Shown here: positions 36,180-45,743 of the stretch, one piece after another | Layout: every line of letters starts with the position of its first letter | How positions within the stretch are numbered: the stretch's first letter is position 1 | Origin: Deltaproteobacteria bacterium GWA2_38_16 | GTDB lineage: Bacteria; Bdellovibrionota; JACOXK01; 2-02-FULL-40-11 | NCBI GenBank assembly: GCA_001797335.1 | Contig: MGPE01000006.1 | Span: 65,314 to 129,313, forward strand | Direction of reading: 5' to 3' | Length of the DNA stretch: 64,000 nt | Position numbers and translations under genes: made by a program | Notes under the pieces: model-generated | Told to the model about the DNA's origin: nothing | Seen by the model: only the letters and a program-made list of their open reading frames with translations | The model's database searches: none

Positions 36180-36658
36180 TTTTTAAATTTTTCCTTAAGT
36201 CTTTTTTCAATAACTGGAGGAACAATATCCGTCAACGCTCCTCCCAAAGAAGCAATTTCTCGAACCAAATGAGAACTCACAAAATAATATTTTTCAGAAG
36301 TCATCATGAAAATCGTATCAATAGATGGACGTAACCGCTTATTCATGGCCGCCATTTGAAACTCATATTCAAAATCAGAAACCGCTCTTAAACCTCGAAC
36401 AATGGCATTGGCCTTTTTTTTGCCCGCATATTCCATCAGAAGTCCTGGCCAAACATCAATAATCACTCTTTTTTCATGCTTAAAAACGTCTTGAAGATGT
36501 TCTTTTTTTTCAGAAATAGAAAATAAGCCTTTTTTTTGCGAACTTTCAGCAATCAGTACAATCACTTCATCAAAAAGCCCCAGACTTCGTTCCACAATAT
36601 CCACATGCCCTAAGGTGACTGGATCAAAAGAGCCAGGATAGATAGCCAACGTACTCAT
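36176..36658 (-). CDS. coaD: Phosphopantetheine adenylyltransferase
   Basis: AIYPGSFDPVTLGHVDIVERS (T/HxGH nucleotidyltransferase motif). 160 aa, coaD-typical length. Confidence 0.85.
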   Translation of the reverse strand: MSTLAIYPGSFDPVTLGHVDIVERSLGLFDEVIVLIAESSQKKGLFSISEKKEHLQDVFKHEKRVIIDVWPGLLMEYAGKKKANAIVRGLRAVSDFEYEFQMAAMNKRLRPSIDTIFMMTSEKYYFVSSHLVREIASLGGALTDIVPPVIEKRLKEKFKK

Positions 36659-37212
36659 AACGTTTTCCGATTTAAAAAGGTAATAATGGTATCTCCATAA
36701 GGCCTAAAATCTACAATGTGAAGATTTTGCCATTCTTCCGCCACCGGTTCTCGCTTAGAATGCTGTACAATCACCAACGCTTCCTCCTTTAATAAAGGCA
36801 GGGTATCTATTTTTTGAAGCGTTTTAGAAATAAAATCATGCTCATAGGGTGGATCTAAAAAAATAACATCAAATTGATAATTTCTTTTTGCCAACGTATT
36901 TAAGGCAACATCTACTTTGGCAGGAAGAATGGTCACTCGATCTCTACAAAATTGGGTATTCCTTTTCAAATACTCAATAGATTGATGAGAATCATCCACA
37001 AAAACAACTTCTTCGGCTCCTCGACTTAATGCCTCAAGCCCAACGGTTCCAACTCCGGCAAATAAATCTAAAATTTTAGTTTCATAAAAGTCGATCCGAT
37101 TGGCTAAAATATTAAAGAGATTTTCCCGAACCCGATCGGAAGTAGGCCGCACCCGGAGCGTTCGAGGGGAAACAAGATTTCGTCCACTAAATTCTCCACC
37201 CACTATTCTCAT
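36655..37212 (-). CDS. rsmD: 16S rRNA (guanine966-N2)-methyltransferase RsmD-like
   Basis: LDLFAGVGTVGLEALSRGA..VVFVDD..DVIFLDPPY, the RsmD signature motifs. Frequently lies upstream of coaD. Confidence 0.75.
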   Translation of the reverse strand: MRIVGGEFSGRNLVSPRTLRVRPTSDRVRENLFNILANRIDFYETKILDLFAGVGTVGLEALSRGAEEVVFVDDSHQSIEYLKRNTQFCRDRVTILPAKVDVALNTLAKRNYQFDVIFLDPPYEHDFISKTLQKIDTLPLLKEEALVIVQHSKREPVAEEWQNLHIVDFRPYGDTIITFLNRKTL

Positions 37213-38270
37213 GATAACTTCTTTGCTAATAGGCTAGCGCTTCCTTTTGCATTAAAGGCTCGAATAAAGGCTTTGGCTTCTTTATAGGCTTGCTCCGTAC
37301 ATTTATCGGTATATTTTTGGGGAATAGAATTAATTTCTTCTAAAAATGGCTTGGTTGCCATTTTAATATTTTGGTTATTTTCTTGGGCCCATTTTTTCAT
37401 ACGCTCCATCAGCTCTTCTGGCAAACATGCATGGGCTACATTTTGCCAATTGGTCCCCACATTTCCCTTTCGAATACCATGAAATCTAAATTGATCTAAT
37501 AAATTTACAGGCGTTCCCGTAATTCCATGCTGCGCAATGCTCACTCCATAGGGTTTCACAGCCTCATAAATTTCTTTCGTACGCTTTAAATCAATATGAA
37601 CTTCTTCTCCAGCTCGATAATTCCCATGCTTAGAACCATTATAAACTGCCAATAAACTGGGTTTAATCCCATTTTTATGAAGTCCCGAAATAAATTCCAC
37701 AGATTCTTCGACGGTAGACAACCTTCCTTCTTTTCCCACATGGGTAATTTCTCCCACTTCCACTTCAAGCCCCACGTCTTCTTTCATCAAAGGCTTGGCA
37801 AGCTCTGTGGTAATTTTTGTATTATCTGGAATTTCATTAAAAGAAGCATCTATACAAAAGGAAGTAAACCCTGCTTTTAGTTCGGCATCAATTAATTTTC
37901 GAGAAGACTCGATTTCTTCTTTAGACTGATTTTTAACCGTAATGTGATCTCCATGAATAAAGAAAGGCTTGGTAAACCCCCCTTTTTCGGCGTAGTGAAT
38001 CAGCATTTCCCAAAAAGATTTTGGGGTAAAACCCGTATATCCTCCTTCTAGTCCTCCTTCAGATTTAGCAATTTCAAAAGCAACAACGGCATCTTCTTCC
38101 TGTGCCGCCTTCATAATACCAGCAACCACGTGTTTAATTCGGATATTACAAGCCATAACAATCATGGGTTCTTCTTTTAAAGCATCCAAAATGGTTTTGG
38201 AGCTCAATAAACAGACTTTTGAAGTGGCTTCTAACTTATTTCTGACATGTCGGGGTCTAAGATCTAGCAT
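37209..38270 (-). CDS. Class II (metal-dependent) fructose/tagatose-bisphosphate aldolase family protein
   Basis: ..HGDHITV.., GFTSFCIDAS, IAQHGITGTP resemble class-II FBA metal-binding blocks. Confidence 0.55.
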   Translation of the reverse strand: MLDLRPRHVRNKLEATSKVCLLSSKTILDALKEEPMIVMACNIRIKHVVAGIMKAAQEEDAVVAFEIAKSEGGLEGGYTGFTPKSFWEMLIHYAEKGGFTKPFFIHGDHITVKNQSKEEIESSRKLIDAELKAGFTSFCIDASFNEIPDNTKITTELAKPLMKEDVGLEVEVGEITHVGKEGRLSTVEESVEFISGLHKNGIKPSLLAVYNGSKHGNYRAGEEVHIDLKRTKEIYEAVKPYGVSIAQHGITGTPVNLLDQFRFHGIRKGNVGTNWQNVAHACLPEELMERMKKWAQENNQNIKMATKPFLEEINSIPQKYTDKCTEQAYKEAKAFIRAFNAKGSASLLAKKLS

Positions 38271-38344
38271 ATAAATTCTCCTTTTTTTATTAAAATCGAG
38301 GGAAAAATATCATGCCAAAACTCAAAAATCAAGGAAAGGAATAA

Positions 38345-38662
38345 CTACTTGGAGCAAACAAGATGCTGAAACTTTAAACACTCATCCATCGTATCAAATA
38401 AAATCTCACTAGAAATTTTTTTATTCCAAAGAGATAAAATAATTTTAGAGTCATTTTTTCTAACTGTTTGGCATTCTTCACAATAGACTGGTTCTTCTGA
38501 AAAAAAGTTTTCATATAAGAATGCCATCCCCCCATTTCCAACTTCATGGCCAGCCCATATTTTAGGTAAAAAATAAAAGATCATCCCTAAACATAAAATA
38601 ACCATCATACGTTTCATGGCCCCTCCTTTTTCCCCATATTGAAAAACTGAACAGATAAACAA
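38345..38662 (-). CDS. Small secreted Cys-containing hypothetical protein
   Basis: Signal peptide and four Cys. Overlaps the start region of the next ORF. Confidence 0.3.
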   Translation of the reverse strand: MFICSVFQYGEKGGAMKRMMVILCLGMIFYFLPKIWAGHEVGNGGMAFLYENFFSEEPVYCEECQTVRKNDSKIILSLWNKKISSEILFDTMDECLKFQHLVCSK

Positions 38663-39417
38663 TATAGCTTATTTTTATTTTTCGATCGACTGAGCTTCTT
38701 ACAAAATTGCCGACGAAATTCTTTAATCCATATCTTTGCTTGGGGTAATTTATACTCATCAATGGCCATCAAAATAGAAGAATAATCTCTCTCCCCAACA
38801 GGTTGCAGGTATAACGCCGAAAGAGCCTTTTCTAAAATTTTCCGATGAAATTGTTTAATCGCCGAAGAAGGAACTCCACTGGGAGAAGCCACAAATTCGT
38901 TCTTGGCCACAAATCGACCATTTTTCTCTTCTAGCATCCCCATTTTTTTGAGCCGATCAATGGCAAGCTCTGCTTGAATTTTTTGAATCCCTAAAGTCTT
39001 TGCAATCCACTCCACGTCACTTTTAAATGTAGATAGATAGGTCAATTCTAAAATAGCAAAGTGGTGCCAGTCAGAAACCAGCCGAAATGAATCCATCTTA
39101 AGCGTTTGAAAATCATTGTTTTTATTAATCTTTTTTAATTCTTGATGAGCCATTTTACGTTGAGCTCGACTCCTGGCGTGTTGACTTTCAACCAGTGTGC
39201 AAAAAAAAGATTTTTCTTCTTCATTATAACCAAGTCGTTCAGCAATTTTTGCTGACGCCTCTTTAGAAAGACCACTTTTATAATTTAAAACATCGCTCAA
39301 ACGGGGAGCCCCTAGGTTTAGATCACGGGCAAAGGCTCTTAGAGAATAATGCGAATTTCTACGACAACGTTCTTCGTATTCTGAAGCAAGAAGGTCTCTA
39401 TAATCTCTAGTTTGCAT
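38614..39417 (-). CDS. Hypothetical protein with an N-terminal HTH-like region. Resembles, from memory, the TIGR02147 paralogous family seen in Fibrobacter and Bdellovibrio-like genomes.
   Basis: ..YSLRAFARDLNLGAPRLSDVLNYKSGLSKEASAKIAERLG.. HTH-like N-terminus. Assignment from memory only. Confidence 0.4.
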   Translation of the reverse strand: MQTRDYRDLLASEYEERCRRNSHYSLRAFARDLNLGAPRLSDVLNYKSGLSKEASAKIAERLGYNEEEKSFFCTLVESQHARSRAQRKMAHQELKKINKNNDFQTLKMDSFRLVSDWHHFAILELTYLSTFKSDVEWIAKTLGIQKIQAELAIDRLKKMGMLEEKNGRFVAKNEFVASPSGVPSSAIKQFHRKILEKALSALYLQPVGERDYSSILMAIDEYKLPQAKIWIKEFRRQFCKKLSRSKNKNKLYCLSVQFFNMGKKEGP

Positions 39418-39594
39418 GGAGGGACGTTATACAGGCAAAACCTCATTTTGTCAAAATATCCCAGAACAGGATGTTCAGTGAAATTCTGCGAGCAGATTTT
39501 AACAATTTTAGCCAATTTTTGACTCGGAGCTCTTGATCCTTTCTCTTTCTTCATATATTTATGCAGCCTCCCTTTTAAAAACATAGGAGGATAT

Positions 39595-40059
39595 ATGAAA
39601 AAAATATCGTACTTTTTAGTCGCAATGAGCGTAGGAGCATTCTTTCTTTCTCCTTACAACACAGATGCTGCCCCACAAAAAAAGAAGGTTGTTACTGTTC
39701 AATGTAGCCCCTTGTTTAGTAGAGCAGGAGGAAATTTTGCAACCGTTACAGGAAAAATTTCACTAAAACTGATCAACAATGGAGCCTACGTTGGGCAAGG
39801 CAATCTTTCTATTTCTGTTTCTCAAGGTGGGATCAGAAATGGCGGCATCATCCTCGAAGAAAAGGATATTCCTGTTGAAGCTTATTTTGATGATATTCTT
39901 CTTCCAACACTTCAAGCAGTACCAGCCAGAGGAGTAAATTCAAAAATTTCTACATTTTTTCTATTCCAAAAAAATCCAGAAGCGGAAAAACCTCTGTATA
40001 GCAGAATCGAAACCAAAGATAATGAAGTTTACGAAACCGACTGTGAGTTAAAATATTAG
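39595..40059 (+). CDS. Secreted hypothetical protein
   Basis: Signal peptide MKKISYFLVAMSVGAFFLSPYNTDA. Confidence 0.4.
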   Translation: MKKISYFLVAMSVGAFFLSPYNTDAAPQKKKVVTVQCSPLFSRAGGNFATVTGKISLKLINNGAYVGQGNLSISVSQGGIRNGGIILEEKDIPVEAYFDDILLPTLQAVPARGVNSKISTFFLFQKNPEAEKPLYSRIETKDNEVYETDCELKY

Positions 40060-40083
40060 TATTTTAAGGTAGAATTTCGCGAT

Positions 40084-40275
40084 TTATGGTTTTCTTTTAG
40101 CTTTTTTCTTTTGGCCTTGAGAAAGCTCAAATATATGGAACCGATCGGCCATGGGACTGAGCAAATTCTTAATAACTTCGCTCATCTTAGCAAGCTGGGT
40201 AGCAGAATGGGCCACATGCTTGGGAACCGCCTTTTTAGGGGTTTTTAGCTTTGTCCGACCTTGCGTTTTCATCAA
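40084..40275 (-). CDS. Small basic hypothetical protein (63 aa)
   Basis: Lys/Arg-rich termini. ORF only. Confidence 0.25.
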   Translation of the reverse strand: MMKTQGRTKLKTPKKAVPKHVAHSATQLAKMSEVIKNLLSPMADRFHIFELSQGQKKKAKRKP

Positions 40276-40487
40276 TTACCTCTAACTACTCTATCGGCAA
40301 GTGCTTATATAAGCTTTAATGCAATTTTTTGTAGATATTTTAAAATTGCTGGACTATAGTTTCCCTTATCTTTTGTACATGAGGAAGTACTACCTGACTT
40401 AGTTTTTTATCTTTTTACGCAGTACCAAAAATTTGATTGGCAAAGTAGGTCTTTGGATCTGATTTGTCGGTTTTGAGGTATTGACCC

Positions 40488-43394
40488 TTGCAGTACTCCG
40501 AGGCAGAGCTCGCAACGGAGGCATTGGGAAAGATAGAAAGAAGTCCCAAAGTAGTAGATGTTCCCAGTGTTTCCGACAGTAGTTTTTCGTGTGGGTTTGA
40601 AAGTCAACTCACCCTTGACTTAAAGTCTTGTCAAAAAATTGAAACAGGAGAAATCTGCTCTCCCCTCCACATCGATGCCATTAAAAAAGATTTCCCGTAC
40701 GCCTTAAAAAGCTTAATTCACTGTATTTCAGAAGATGTAGAAGCCCAAAAAGAAACAATTCTTTCCATGAATCAAAGCCGGAAAAAAACCATTGCCCAGG
40801 AACTTGAAAATATTACCTCTGAACTTAATCAATTTAAACCCATCAAATCCATTCTTCCCGAAAAATTAGATGAAATAGTCTATGCTTCTTATGATTCTGT
40901 CCCGGGTCGAGGTATGATGGTTTTCTGCTCCAGGGTTGCTTATTTCACCACCATTCGGCTCATGCTCATTCACTATTGGAAAAATATGGGTCTTATCGAT
41001 GCCACCGAACGAAATCCCTATAAAGAACCCAATCTTACAATCAATCAGGTTTTAAATAAATCCTGTACAAACCTGATTAAAGAAAAACATAATTGGCTTT
41101 TTGCCAAACAAAGCAATTATTCCTGGTACAAGCTTAGTTTTGATACCTTAAACGAAATTGAAGATATTTTATCTCACTGGGAATTTAGTGAAGAATCCAT
41201 TAGCTTACTTTCCTTAGTTTATGAACGTTATCTGGATGAGAACCGTTTGCAAAAATATTCTCATTATACCCCTCCCCTTTTAGTTCAGTTTATTTGGGAC
41301 ATCTTGCTCTCTCATTCAAAAGATCCAAGCCTCTTTAGAATGATGGGGAAAAACCGTGTGCCTAAACTTATTTTTGATCCTACGATGGGCTCTGGAAACT
41401 TTTTGGCGGAAGCTGCCCAACGAATGAAAGAGGAATTAAAAGTAGAGGAAGATCCTAAAAAAGAATTTAAAGAATGTAGCCAAGCTTTAAGTACAGGCCT
41501 TTTTGGATGCGATATCGATTCTTTTGCACACTTTTTTTCTGAAATAAAAATGCTTTGGCTTATGTCTAGCTGGAATAAAAAAGCCCAAAGCTTAAATCTT
41601 TTGCCTCACCAAAGAGCTTCACTGTCACTTTCTATTATTCATCAAAATGCTTTAAAGCTCTATCATGATACTCAACTCAATATCATTAATACGGAAGCAG
41701 AACCTGATCTTTCTTTGGATAGCAAATTTGGGGTGATGCCCTTAGAAGGCCACCTAAAATCAATTCATTCCAAAATTAAACTCTTAGAAAAATTTGATTA
41801 TTGTATTGGATGCCCTCCAGAACAAATTTTAAAAGAACAACGAGAGTTCATGAAAGAACTCATTCAAAAAATTCCTTTTTGGAAACAATATTATGAGTCA
41901 AATCTTCTATATTCCTCCTGGTTTTTTGTTTTAGGGATTTCAAAATTGAGAGAAGGTGGGCAATTGACGTTTATTACACAAACCTATTGGCCCACAGAAG
42001 AAGGTGCCTCTAGGCTCAGACGGTATGTCCTGGATCACTGCAAAGTCATCGCCATGATTGATTTGGGAGACACCACTCCTTTTCCTCGATATATTACTCT
42101 TTTAGAAAAATGTTCCAGCAAAGAAGAAAGAGACAGCCATAAAATAAAAATTATTAAGGCGCACCCTCTAGAACAAGCCGCAGACACTTCTTTTATCTTT
42201 GGGAAAATTGCCTCTAAGGCAAAACTTATTGATAAACCCGGAAAAATTTATTCTGACGATGACATAGACATTTTCTTTAGTGGGGTTAACCAAGCAGAGC
42301 TCGATGAAAAACCCTGGCAACAAATTTATGACACAGGGTTTAGTCAAATCCTAAAGCAAATTTTATCTTTTAAAACAACTCTTACCTATTTTTGTTCTAT
42401 TGAAGAAAATGAGGAACCTTCTAAAGAAACTCAAAGCTTAATGACTCCCGAAACTTCTCTTAAAAATCAATTTAGTCTTTATGAAAAAAGAGAAGAAACT
42501 GGAAATCTGATTATTCTAAACCCAAAACCTATTTGCAAAGAATCCCCCTATTATCTTTTGACACTCTTAAATTCCCCAGTGCTCAATTTTTGGTATACCC
42601 ATAATGGAAATAAAAAGAATGGGAAAAAATTCTTTGACCCTGCTTCTTTAAAAATGATTCCTATCCGACCTATCAGTTTTTCTAAACCCATAGATCCTTC
42701 TATCCACAGTGAAAAAATGGCTCAACTGGAGTCTGCACTTAAAAAACTAGATCCAGGTTATTTACTGGCCAATTTAAGTTTAGAGCTCACTCATGGAAGA
42801 GAAGAAATAGTGCACGATGCCCTTGTCATGATGCAAAAAGAAATTTTATCTATTGAAAAAACACTTCGACGATACGATGACTTTTTTAAAGAAAAATTAA
42901 GCACTTTATTGGAAGCTCCCACAACCCTTCCCTATTCCATTCAGCAATTTAGAAACGTCTATCCTCACGAAAAACAGTGCCCCTTAAAAGACCACAAAAA
43001 AGTATTTATTCAAAAAGAAGCAACCCTTCTTTCTGATCAATTCTGTCTCACTCAATTTAAGCGGGAAGCAGGAGTTAAAAATGAAGGAGAACATTTAAGC
43101 CTTATTTCTAAAGATAATAAAATAATTTGTCTTTATGCTGAAAAAGAAATTTTAGATCTCATTGAGTATGATCTCAAAAATCAAATTCATAATTTTTTTG
43201 ATGAAATTGAATCTTCAATTTATTTACCCAAAGATTTTTCTGATTTTGAAGGATTTAAACAAGAAGTAATTGGCCATTGTTTAAATCTTAAATCCAAACA
43301 AATTCAAATCTCAAAAATATGCCACAAACTTATCTACATGCTCTACGGATTTACCGAAGAAATATCTATCCAAATGATGGATGCTGGCTACTGA
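40488..43394 (+). CDS. Large N6-adenine DNA methyltransferase-like protein (Eco57I/PglX-like fold) with a degenerate motif IV
   Basis: YTPPLLVQFIWD, motif I FDPTMGSGNFLAEAA, motif-IV position reads IGCPPE instead of NPP(Y/F). Long C-terminal extension with no recognisable nuclease. Confidence 0.55.
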   Translation: MQYSEAELATEALGKIERSPKVVDVPSVSDSSFSCGFESQLTLDLKSCQKIETGEICSPLHIDAIKKDFPYALKSLIHCISEDVEAQKETILSMNQSRKKTIAQELENITSELNQFKPIKSILPEKLDEIVYASYDSVPGRGMMVFCSRVAYFTTIRLMLIHYWKNMGLIDATERNPYKEPNLTINQVLNKSCTNLIKEKHNWLFAKQSNYSWYKLSFDTLNEIEDILSHWEFSEESISLLSLVYERYLDENRLQKYSHYTPPLLVQFIWDILLSHSKDPSLFRMMGKNRVPKLIFDPTMGSGNFLAEAAQRMKEELKVEEDPKKEFKECSQALSTGLFGCDIDSFAHFFSEIKMLWLMSSWNKKAQSLNLLPHQRASLSLSIIHQNALKLYHDTQLNIINTEAEPDLSLDSKFGVMPLEGHLKSIHSKIKLLEKFDYCIGCPPEQILKEQREFMKELIQKIPFWKQYYESNLLYSSWFFVLGISKLREGGQLTFITQTYWPTEEGASRLRRYVLDHCKVIAMIDLGDTTPFPRYITLLEKCSSKEERDSHKIKIIKAHPLEQAADTSFIFGKIASKAKLIDKPGKIYSDDDIDIFFSGVNQAELDEKPWQQIYDTGFSQILKQILSFKTTLTYFCSIEENEEPSKETQSLMTPETSLKNQFSLYEKREETGNLIILNPKPICKESPYYLLTLLNSPVLNFWYTHNGNKKNGKKFFDPASLKMIPIRPISFSKPIDPSIHSEKMAQLESALKKLDPGYLLANLSLELTHGREEIVHDALVMMQKEILSIEKTLRRYDDFFKEKLSTLLEAPTTLPYSIQQFRNVYPHEKQCPLKDHKKVFIQKEATLLSDQFCLTQFKREAGVKNEGEHLSLISKDNKIICLYAEKEILDLIEYDLKNQIHNFFDEIESSIYLPKDFSDFEGFKQEVIGHCLNLKSKQIQISKICHKLIYMLYGFTEEISIQMMDAGY

Positions 43395-45454
43395 ATCGCA
43401 TCTAAAACGGTTGAAGCAAATTCTTTCACCCCTGGGTTATTAGAATTTTCCAATGGTTTTAAAAAGGCGATGGTTTTTAAATCCCCTTTTAATAATCCAA
43501 AACGCTGCCCCAAGGCCACGTCTTCTAAAGCAATATCAAAAATATCAAATCCAAAACGGCTATCTTCATAAAAACAAACAACCTTCTTTACCGTTTCTCT
43601 TAAAACCTCTTTATGGTCGTAGTTTGTGGCAAGCTCAATCAAAATTCTTCTTTTTTGTGATCCCAAAGACACTTCTTCAAATAAAACAAGTAACTCCTGG
43701 GCTGCTTTTAAATCCTTCGTTTTAGCTAAACAAGAAAGCGCCTCTAGGCGCACAGCCATGGCTTCTTTTTCAACCATTCTCCACAACATGTTTTTTAGCG
43801 ATGCTAGATCTGAAAAAGAAGTTCTTAATTGATTGAGCAATAAAATTTTAACCTCGTCTGAGATCGGTAATTTGGGCATCTCTACCAAACGAACCAATTC
43901 AAATAAAATACCCGGTTCTTGCCCCTGGGCTAATGCCACAGCTGCTGCCGTATGAACCTCTAAAATAGGATTGGCTAAATAAGGGCGCATCACTAAAGCA
44001 ATATCTTCACTCCAAGACAATTTTGAAAAGGCAATGATGATTTGAACCAACGTTTCTTCATTGCTCGTTTTGGCTAAAGACGTTAAAGCCTTCACCAATG
44101 TCTCTTGCCTTGCAACATCTGTTCTAGCGCACAATAGCAATTCTGAAACTACGGCTTTAAAAAGTTCTGTATCTGAACTATCCAAGCGAAAAAGAGTGGT
44201 CACTAAAATTTTAAATGCTTGCGGAGTATTTAAATGCCCTAACGACCGAATAAATCCAATTTTTTGAGCTGCTGTTTTTGTCGATAAAGACAAAACACCC
44301 TCTAGTTCTGCTTCTCCTCGATAGCATAAAAGAGCTACCAGCGTTTCTATAGATCTTTCAAATTCTTTATCTCCTGGAAAGAAAAGACGTGATCGCATGA
44401 GTTCTGTATCTAAGGCCACGGCCATTTGAGGAGATACCAGGGCTGTTTTTTTAAAATGCTCCACTACATACTCACGAAAACGATTATTTTTAGTAGAAAA
44501 AAGTTCTCGAAGCACTTTGGCCGGTAAAATTTCTGGAACCCCTGCCACTTGTGCTCCAGAAAAATGACGCAAAAGCTGATGGAAAGCTACCTTTTGATTT
44601 TCTAATGCCCCAAATCGGACTTGAGCTAATAAAAAATCTAGCTCTATCCCCACAATGTGGTTGGAGACCAGAGAAAAACTGTAGCCTCCCATCAGCTGAT
44701 TTAGTTCGGTAAGCGATTGAAGATAAGACTCCACTGCCGAACTATCTCCACCTTCTGGAAAAATTTTTCTAAGCCTTCGAACTCCTTGTTGAAGTTTTGC
44801 GTTAGCTTCATTTAAAAGAATTTCAATTTCACCTCTGGCTTGAGGAGAAATATTTTTTACCTGTTGAGCCCCACTAAAAGCATGTTCTAATTCTTTTAAA
44901 GCACCATTAATTTCTTCAATCCCTGGCACTTTTCCAGGATGGTCCCGAAGACCTTCCAATACGCGACTAATTTCTTGTTTATAATATTGTAAAAGATGGT
45001 CATGGGCAGCAGTTTGGGTTACCAAAGATCCCAATTCTCCTTCTATTATTTTTACAACAGGCGCATGATTGGCTACTGCACTTTCGGCTGCCATAAAAGA
45101 TTTTAAAATATCTTCCCATTGAGCATTTTGCCGAGAAAGAATCACCGCCATGTCTGTTCCTTCAATCAACCGAAGTGCTTTTTGGGGGGTTGCTAAATTT
45201 TCTCGGACAGAAGCGACAATATGCGGATCATAGGATTTTTCAGCCAAAATGGTTTTAATAGCAGCTTCTCTTTCTGCCTCCCATCCCACATAGGCAATCA
45301 CTCGGTTGGGCTCTCTGGGAACTTTCTTTAAAATTTGTCCCATAACCTTAGATGCAAATTCAAAATAAGGGTTGGCAAAAGAAGTAGTGGTAAAACTAAG
45401 AACAACAATAACGATCCCAAAAAGGGTAAATATATGTTTTTTCATGAGGTTCAC
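43388..45454 (-). CDS. Secreted HEAT/ARM-like alpha-helical repeat protein
   Basis: Signal peptide, then repetitive Leu/Ala-rich helical hairpins (..LVLFEEVSLG..LVRLVEMPKL..). Confidence 0.45.
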   Translation of the reverse strand: MNLMKKHIFTLFGIVIVVLSFTTTSFANPYFEFASKVMGQILKKVPREPNRVIAYVGWEAEREAAIKTILAEKSYDPHIVASVRENLATPQKALRLIEGTDMAVILSRQNAQWEDILKSFMAAESAVANHAPVVKIIEGELGSLVTQTAAHDHLLQYYKQEISRVLEGLRDHPGKVPGIEEINGALKELEHAFSGAQQVKNISPQARGEIEILLNEANAKLQQGVRRLRKIFPEGGDSSAVESYLQSLTELNQLMGGYSFSLVSNHIVGIELDFLLAQVRFGALENQKVAFHQLLRHFSGAQVAGVPEILPAKVLRELFSTKNNRFREYVVEHFKKTALVSPQMAVALDTELMRSRLFFPGDKEFERSIETLVALLCYRGEAELEGVLSLSTKTAAQKIGFIRSLGHLNTPQAFKILVTTLFRLDSSDTELFKAVVSELLLCARTDVARQETLVKALTSLAKTSNEETLVQIIIAFSKLSWSEDIALVMRPYLANPILEVHTAAAVALAQGQEPGILFELVRLVEMPKLPISDEVKILLLNQLRTSFSDLASLKNMLWRMVEKEAMAVRLEALSCLAKTKDLKAAQELLVLFEEVSLGSQKRRILIELATNYDHKEVLRETVKKVVCFYEDSRFGFDIFDIALEDVALGQRFGLLKGDLKTIAFLKPLENSNNPGVKEFASTVLDAIQ

Positions 45455-45743
45455 CTAAAGCAAAGGGCATGCCAAAATAAAAACTAAATTATTAAGTAAT
45501 TTCAATAGCTTATATAATATTTATTTGCTTAAAAAATAGGCTAAATTTAACCCCTGTCAAAGGACTTAACATGTCAGATAAAAAATCTATTTTTTACACG
45601 CTTAAATGTGGATCTTCTTTACAAAGTTACAAATATCGACACTTTAGACATAAAAAGGAGTCGCACTTCATTTATAACCAATTGATATTGCTTATTTTTT
45701 TAATCTATGAGCTGGCATTTAATTTGCATATTCTCTAGGCACT

